From the human T2T-CHM13v2.0 reference genome, Homo sapiens, in NCBI RefSeq assembly GCF_009914755.1, contig NC_060928.1: a stretch of DNA of 64,000 bases. One strand, given 5' to 3'. Both the position numbers and the translations under genes were made by a program. The first letter of the stretch is position 1. Every line of letters begins with the position of its first letter. The notes below the pieces were generated by a model, which had not been told where the DNA came from, made no database searches, and worked only from the letters and a program-made list of their open reading frames with translations. This document shows, in pieces, positions 56,101 to 64,000 of the stretch.

Positions 56101-57634
56101 AACAGGCGATTTCTCAGCAGAAACCCTACAAGCTAGAGGGGATTTGGGCCCTATCTTCAGCCTCCTCAAACAAAACAATTATCAGCCAAGAATTTTGTAT
56201 CCAGTGAAACTAAGCATCATGAGCATCATATATGAAGAAAGATACAGTCTTTTTCAAGAGAACAAATGATTAGAGAATTCGCCACTACCATACCACCACT
56301 GTAAGAACTGCTGAAAGAAGCTCTAAATATTGAAACAAATCCTGGAAACACATCAAAACAGAACCTCTTTAAAGCATAAATCACACAGGACCTATAAAAC
56401 AAAAATGCAATTTAAAAAGCAAAAACAAAAAACCCAAGGTACACAGGCAACAAATAGCATGATGAATGGAATGGCACCGCACATCTCAATACTAACACTG
56501 AATGTAAATGGCCTAGATGCTCCACTTAAAACACACAGAACTGCAGAATGGATAAGAACTCACCAACCAACTATCTGCAGCCTTCAGGAGACCTAACATA
56601 TAAGGACTCACATAAATTTAAAGTAAAAGGGTGGAAAAAGACATTTCATGCAAATGGACAGCAAAAGCTAGCAGGGGCAGCTATTCTTATATCAGACAAA
56701 ACAAACTGTAAAGCAACAGCAGTTAAAAGAGACAAAGAGGGACATTATGTAATGGTAAAAGGTCTTGTCCGATAGGAAAATATCACAATCCTAAAATATA
56801 TGCACCTAACACTGGAGATCCCAAATTTATAAAACAATTACTAATAGACTTAAGAAATGAGATAGACAGCAACACAATAATAGTGGGGGACTTCAATACT
56901 CCACTAACAGAACTAGACAGGTCATCAAGACAGAAAGTTGACAAAGAAACAATGGATTTAAACTATGTCTTGGAACAAATGGACTTAATAGATATATACA
57001 GAACATTTCATCCAACAACCACAGAATACACATTCTACTCAACAGTGCATGGAACTTTCTCCAAGATAGGCCATATGATAGCCCATAAAATAAACCTCAA
57101 TAATTTTAAGAAAATTGAAATTATATCTAGCACTCTTTCAGACCACAGTGGAATAAATCTGGAAATCAACTCCAAAGGGAAGCTTTAAAACCATACAAAT
57201 ACATGGAAATCAAATAAGCTGCTCCTAAATGTTCATTGGGTCAAAATGAAATCAAGATGGAAATTAAAAAATTCTTCAAACCGCATGACAATAATGACAC
57301 AGCCTATCAAAACCTCTGGGATACAGCAAAGGCAGTGCTAAGAGGAAAGTTCATAGCCCTAAATGGCTATATCAAAAAGACTGAAAGAGCACAAACTGGC
57401 ATTCTAAGGTCACACCTGAAGGAACTAGAGAAAGAAGAATGAACCAAACCCAAACCCAGCAAAAGAAAGGAAACAACCAAGATCAGAGCAAAACTAAATG
57501 AAATTGAAACAAAAAAATATGAAAGATAAATGAAACAAATAGCTGATTCTTTGAAAAGATAAATAAAATTGATAGACCATTAGCAAGATTAACCAAGAAG
57601 AGAGAAAAACCAAATAATCTTATTAAGAAACAAA

Positions 57635-57791
57635 GTGGGGAGGGGGGAGGGATAGAATTAGGAGATATACCTAATGGAAATGAGGAGTTAATGGGTGCAG
57701 CACACCAACATGGCACATGTATACATATGTAACAGACCTGCACGTTGTGCACATGTACCCTAGAACTTAAAGTATAATTTAAAAAAAAAAA
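57635..57791 (+). mobile_element. Short young L1PA (about L1PA3-5) 3' end inside L1PB ORF2
   Basis: ggggggagggatag...gtaccctagaacttaaagtataat + poly(A); TSD AAGAAACAAA at 57625-57634 and 57792-57801. Confidence 0.95.
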
Positions 57792-58929
57792 AAGAAACAA
57801 AATGCGAAATTACAACTGACACCACTGAAATACAAAAGATCATTCAAGGCTACTATGAACACCTTTACAGACATAAACTAGAAAACCCAGAAGAGGTGGA
57901 TAAATTTCTGAAAAAAATATAACCCTCCTAGCTTAAATCAGGAATTAGATACCCTGAGCAGACCAATAACAAGCAGCGAGATTGAAATGGTAATTTAAAA
58001 ATTACCAACAAAAATAAAAGTCTAGGACCAGACGGATTCACACCAGAACTCGACCAGACGGATTCACACCAGAACTCTACCAGACATTCAAAGAAGAATT
58101 GGTACCAATCCTTTTGACACTATTCCACAGGAGAGAGAAAGAGGGAATACTCCCTAATTCATTCTATGAAGCCAGCATCACCCTAATACCAAAATCAAGA
58201 AAGGACAAAACAAACAAACAAACAAAAAAAACTACAGACCTATACCCCTGATGAACATAGCCAATATACTTAACAAAATACTAGCTAACCAAATCCAATA
58301 CATATCAAAAAGATAATCTATCATGATCAAGTGTGTTTCATACCAGGGATGCAAGGATGATTTACCATACACAAGTCAATAAAGGTGATACACCACATAA
58401 ACAGAATTTAAAACAAAAATCACATGATCATCTCAATAGATGTAGAAAAATCATTTGACAAAATCAAGCATCCCTTTATGATTAAAACTCTCAGCAAAAC
58501 TGGCATACAAGGGACGTACCTCGATGTAATAAAAGTCATCTATGATAAACCTACAGCAAACATAATACTAAAAGGGGAAAAGTTGAAATCATTCCCTCTG
58601 AGAACTGGAACAAGACAACAATGCACACTCTCACCACTCCTCTTCAACATAGTACTGGAAGTCCTAGCCAGAGCAAGCAGACAAGAGAAAAAAATAAAGG
58701 GCATCCAAATTGATAAAGGGGAAGTCAGACTTTCACCTTTTGCCGACGATATGATCATTTGCCTCGAAAACCCTAAGGACTCCTCCAGAAAGCTCCTAGA
58801 ACTGATCAAAGAATTTAACAAAGTTTCCGGATACAAGATTAATGTACACAAATCAGTAGCTCTTCTATACATTAACAATGACCAAGCAGAGAATCAAATC
58901 AAGAACTCAACCCCTTTTACAATAGCCAC

Positions 58930-58991
58930 AATAAAATAAAATAAAATAAAATAAAATAATATAAAATAAAATAAAATAAAATAAAATAAAA
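58930..58991. repeat. (TAAAA)n microsatellite expanded in an L1 ORF2 A-tract
   Basis: Directly visible. Confidence 0.95.
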
Positions 58992-61900
58992 TACTTAGGA
59001 ATATACCTAACCAAGTAGGTGAAATAACTCTGAAAGGAAAACAAAACACTGCTCAAAGAAATCATAGATGACACAAAAAAATGGAAACACATCCCATGCT
59101 CATGGATGGATAGAATCAATATTGTGAAAATGACTATACTGCCAAAAGCAATCTACAAACTCAATGCAATCTCCATCAAAATACCACCATCATTCTTCAC
59201 AGAATTAGAAAAAAGATTATAAAATTCATATGGAACCGAAAAGATCCCGCATAGCCAAAGCAAGACTAAGCAAAAAGATCAAATCTGAAAGGCATCACAC
59301 TACCTGATTTCAAACTATACTATAAGGCCATAGTCACCAAAACAACATGCTACTGGTATAAAAATAGGCACACAGACCAACGGAACAGAATAGAGAACCC
59401 AGAAATAAAGTTAAATACTTACAGTCAAATACTTACAGTCAAATACTTACAGTCAAATACAGAGTGTGGATGTTCCTTAAAGAACTAGAAGTAGAACTAT
59501 CGTTTAATCCAGTGATCCCACTACTTGGTATCTACCCAGAGGAAAAGCTGTAAGTATTTACAACAAAGCAAACTGATCTTCAACAAAGCAAAGAAAAAAT
59601 CAAGTGGGGAAAGGACATTCTTTTCAACAAATGTTGCTGGGATAATTGGCTAGCCACATGTAGGAGAATGAAACTAGATCCTCATGTCTCACTTTATACA
59701 AAAATCAACTCAAGGTGGATTAAGGACTTCTGAAACTATAAAAATTCTAGAAGACAATATTGGGAAATCCCTTCTAGACACTGGCATAGGCAAGGATTTC
59801 ATGACCAAGAACCCAAAAGCAAATGCAATAAAACCAAAGATAAATAGCTGGGACTTAATTAAACTAAAGAGCTTTTGCACAGCAAAAGGGACAGTCAGCA
59901 GAGTAAACAGACAACCCACAGAGTGGGTGAAAATCTTAACAATCTATACATCTGACAAAGGACTAATATCCAGAATCTATAACAAACTCAAACAAATCAG
60001 TAAGAAAAAAAACAAATAATCCCATTAAAAAGTGGGCTAAGGACATGAATAGACAATTCTCAAACGAAGATATACAAATGGCCAATAAACATATGAAAAA
60101 ATGCTCAATCTCACTAATGATCAGGGAAATGCAAATTAAAACCACAACGTGATACCACGTTACTCCTGCAAGAATGGCCATAATAAAAAAAAATCAAAAA
60201 ACTGTAGATGTTGGTGTGGATGCGGTGATCAGGAAACACTTTGACACAGCTGGTGGAAATGCAAACCAATACAGCCACTGCGGAAAAGAGTGTGGATGTT
60301 CCTTAAAGAACTAGAAGTAGAACTATCATTTAATCCAGTGATCCCACTACTTGGTATCTACCCAGAGGAAAAGAAGTCATTATATAAAAAAGATACTTGC
60401 ACACGCATGTTTATAGCAGCACAATTCACAATTGCAAAACCATGGAACCAACCCAAACGCCCATCAATCAATGAGTGGATAAAGAAACTGTGATTTATAT
60501 ATGTGATGGAATACTATTCAGCCATAAAAAGGAATGAATTAACAGCATTCACGGTGACCTGGATGAGATCGGAGACTATTATTCTAAGTGAAGTAACTCA
60601 GGAATGGAAAACCAAACATTGTATGTTCTCACTGATATGTGGGAGCTAAGCTGTGAGGACGCAAAGGCATAAGAATGATACAATAGACTTCGGGGACTTG
60701 AGGGGAAAGGGTGGGAGGTGGGGGAGGGATAAAGCCTATAAATAGGGTGCAGTGTATACTGCTCAGGTGATGGGTGCACCAAAATCTCACAGATCACCAC
60801 TAGAGAACTTACTCATGTAACCAAACACTACCTGAACCCCAATAACTTTTAAATTATACAAAAAATAAAATAAATAAAAACAAAACAAAACAAAATAGTA
60901 AGTGTTGGCAAAGATGTAGAGGAAAGGGAAGTCGCATACGCTGTTGGGAATGTAAATTACTACAGCCATTTTGGAAAACAGTATGGAGGTTTCTCAAAAA
61001 AGTGAAAAGTAGAATTATCATATGATTCAGAAATCCCACTTCTAGGCAAATATCCAAAGGAATTAAAATCAGTAATGTAAGGAGATATCTGCCCTCCCAT
61101 GTTTATTTCACCAGTATTCACAATAGCCAAGATATGGAAGCAAACTAAGTGTATATCAATGGATAACTGGATAAAGAATATGTGGTATATATACACAATG
61201 AAATACTGTACACCTTTTAAAAAGAAGGAAATTCTGTCATTTGCAACAATATGGTTCAAACTACAGTACATTATGCTAAGTGAACTAAGCCAGGCTCAGA
61301 AAGACAAGTACTGCATGTGAAATCTAAAAAAGTTGTTCTCATAGAAACAGAGATTAAAAAGTAGTTACCAGATGATGGGGGATGGGGGTGGGGAGGGAGA
61401 TGTGGGGAAAGGAGAGATGTTGAGAAAGGGTACAAAGTTGCAGTTAGACTAAAGGAATACCTTTAGTGATTTATTGCACTCTATGGTAACCACAGTTAAT
61501 ATATTGCATACTTCAAAATTGCTAAAATATATTTTTAATATTCTAACGAGAAAAGATAATTTGGTGAGGCAATGAATATGCTAGTTTGATTGACTCTTTC
61601 TATAATGTACACATAGATTAAAATGTAACATTGTATCCCATAAATATATGCAATCGTTTTTCAATTAAAAATAAAAAGTGACTACTTCAAATGGTTGCTA
61701 GATTTTAATAAAATAATATATATGAGGTGCTTAAAGAAGGAGTTAGCATACAGTAAACACACAGGGAATGCTAGATATGGTTGTTGTTATTGTTATGTCT
61801 TTATTTTTCAAGTAAATTTTAAAATGTTAATTTTGTATATTACTAAGGACTATAAACAAATATAAAGCAGACCAAAAAGATTGATAGTGGAAGGTGATGG

Positions 61901-62129
61901 GGGTAAAAGGAAGGCACTGCCTAGTGGTCTGGGAGATCCTCTCTGTGAAAGTGATATTTAATTAGAAGCCTGAATGAAGTGATGGAGCAAGCTACATGAC
62001 AAGTTGGGAAAAAAAAAATTCCAGATTAAAGGAAGAGCCAGTACAAACATTCCTAGGCAGAACAAACTAAGGTGTTCATAATATTTTACTTGTTCAGCTA
62101 CAGGAGATCATGTAAGAAACAGAAAGGAA

Positions 62130-62811
62130 TTTTTTGTTTAGATTCAAGTGTACATGTGCAGGTTTGTTACAAGGGTATATTGTGTGATGCTGAGATTTGG
62201 GTTCCTATTGATCCTGTCACCCAAATAGTGAACATAGTACCCAACAGATAGTTTTTCAATCCTTCTTCCCCCTCACCCCTACGTTTGGAGTCCCCAGTGT
62301 CTATTTCTCCGATCTTTATGTCTGTGTGTACCCAATGTTTAGCTCCCACTTATAAGTGAGAATACATGGTATTTGGTTTTCCGTTTCTGCATTTTCATTC
62401 ACTTAGGATAATGACCTCCAGCTGAATCCATGTTGCTGCAAAGGACATGACTTCATTCTTTTTTATGAGTGCATAGTATACCATGATATGTAGGTACCAC
62501 ATTTTCTTTATCCAATCCACCATTGCTAGGCATCTTGGTTTGTTTTATGCCCTTGCTAGTGAATAGTGCTGTGATAAACATATGAGTACAGGTGACTTTT
62601 GGGTAGAACAGTTTATTTTCCTGTGGATATAGACCCAGTTAAGTTGTTGCTGGGTTGAATAATAGTTCTATTTTTATCCCTTTGAGAAATCTTCCAACTG
62701 CTTTCCACAGGGGCTGAACTAATTTGCATTTCCACCAACAGTGTATAAGCATTCTCTTTTTCCTCCAACCTCGCCAACATCTGTTATTTGTTGACTTTTT
62801 AACAGTAGCCA
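62130..62811 (-). mobile_element. L1PA15/16-like 3' end
   Basis: tacatgtgcaggtttgttac...ttagctcccacttataagtgagaa. Confidence 0.9.
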
Positions 62812-62859
62812 CATAACAGAACTTTTAATGGGATGTTTCTCAAAAGGCTAAAGATCTTC

Positions 62860-63222
62860 TCATGGGCTTAATTGTGTACCCTCCAAAATTCACATGTTGA
62901 AGTCCTAACCCCTGGTATCTCAGCATGTGATCATATTGGGGACAGGGTCTTTACAGAGGTAATTAAGTTAAAACAAAGTCATTAGGATGTGCCCTAATCC
63001 AATATGACTGAAAAGTTGGATACAGATGTGTACAGAGGGAACACAATATAAAGACAATGGGAGAAAATGGCCATTGAAAAGCCAAGGAAAGAGCCTGGGA
63101 AGGACCCTTCTCTCATGGCCCTTAGAAGAAACCAACCCTGCTGAAAGTTTGATCTTGAATTTCTAGTCTTCGAAACTGAAACACCCAGTCAATGGTACTT
63201 TGTTATGGCAGCCTTAGCAAAA
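62860..63222 (+). mobile_element. MLT1B-like LTR
   Basis: ccaaaattcacatgttgaagtcctaacccc...gccctaatccaatatgactg...tttgttatggcagccttagcaa. Confidence 0.85.
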
Positions 63223-64000
63223 AACAAAAAAAACAAAAAAAAAAAAACACAGATCTCCTCAAGAATAAGAAGAATATTTTTCCCTTTGGATCGGTCTATT
63301 CATTCTTCAAATTTAAAAGTTTATCTCTAAAACTTTTTGATCTATTCAAAAAGGTAGTTAGTGTTAACTCAGATTAGATCTTCTAGGACTTTTGCCAAGT
63401 AAGTTGGTCCAATGGGAAGAAGTCTAGAAGCAAACTAGTTCTCTTGGAGGTATTTGTATCAGTTAAGGCTCAATTGACATCTTTGAAAGCACCCTGAACA
63501 ACACAGAATTGATAAGATTTCTCATGAATTGATTTAATGGCAAGAATTAAGATTCTGGATAAAGACTACAGATCAATCTTCTGTTAAGTTTCTAAGCATT
63601 TGAATCTCCCTTACCATCGTGAGGTCTCAAGTCTTCTGTTTATAGAACACCCTAAAAGTTGGACAACGTCAGAGCCTACCCTCTAGGCTGTGTGTTCAGT
63701 GAGTGCTGCCCAGGAATCTGTATGCAAGAATAAGAAGAGCTACCGTTTTAACAATGAGGAAATTGATGACTAGACTACTCTTCTACCCTTGGAAGTGCCT
63801 GATCAGAAAGAGAGGTGAGGCTGGAAGAACTGAGCCACATGTTCAGCAGGACTGGAGGAAGAAAAGCAGGAACAGGACAGAACTAAGAGCTGATAATGGG
63901 GAAGTGAGGACTGAAGCCAGACTAAAGCCTCCAACACAGAGGGTCCTGGCTGAGTATGGCTTTAAAAGGTGAGCATGTGATTATGTCAAGTGGAAGACGA

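Larger units (their letters stand above)
53946..60895 (+). mobile_element. Full-length, inactivated L1PB (L1PB1-like): 5'UTR ~53946-55350, ORF1 ~55351-56370, ORF2 ~56460-60640, 3'UTR and A tail
   Basis: ORF1 peptide KERILRAVRQKYQVTYKEKPIRLTGDFSAETLQAR; EN motifs ILTLNVNGL, GDFNTPL, SDH; RT motif FADD; 3' end gcagtgtatactgctcaggtgatgggtgcaccaaaatctcac. Many stops and frameshifts. Confidence 0.93.
53298..61677 (+). mobile_element. L1MA-like 3' portion (53298-53945 and 60896-61677), split by a full-length L1PB
   Basis: ORF2 runs ...gctattatcaaaaaaaca and resumes taagtgttggcaaagatg; L1MA-type 3'UTR (aaagggtacaaagtt.cagttag...caattaaaaataaa). Confidence 0.85.

Noticed and set aside
53946-60895. 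Active L1 or functional reverse transcriptase gene
   Set aside because: ORF1 and ORF2 are broken by many stops, frameshifts and insertions.

Overview
Primate genomic DNA (AluY-type elements present; human or another catarrhine). It is AT-rich and made mostly of interspersed repeats: L1PA/L1PB/L1M LINEs, Alu/FLAM, MIR, L2, MaLR LTRs (THE1, MST, MLT1), LTR16, MER21, and the DNA transposons MER53, MER58 and Tigger3. I find no host protein-coding exon, RNA gene or CRISPR array that I can support. The recognisable ORFs in the track are broken L1 ORF1/ORF2 pieces or Alu/LTR read-throughs, so the window looks intronic or intergenic. I see no convincing new biological system. The most interesting signals are: (1) a 144-bp multi-template insertion scar inside a full-length dead L1PB; (2) a 41-bp minisatellite with regularly spaced nuclear-receptor half-sites; (3) a twin-primed L1 missing about 2.5 kb; (4) a miR-1302-type MER53 hairpin split by an L1; (5) two MaLR LTRs sharing one target site; (6) an antisense L1 truncated at the position homologous to its own insertion site; (7) repeat-poor islands with transcription-factor motif clusters. 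Subfamily names come from recalled consensus sequences and boundaries are approximate unless a TSD is given.
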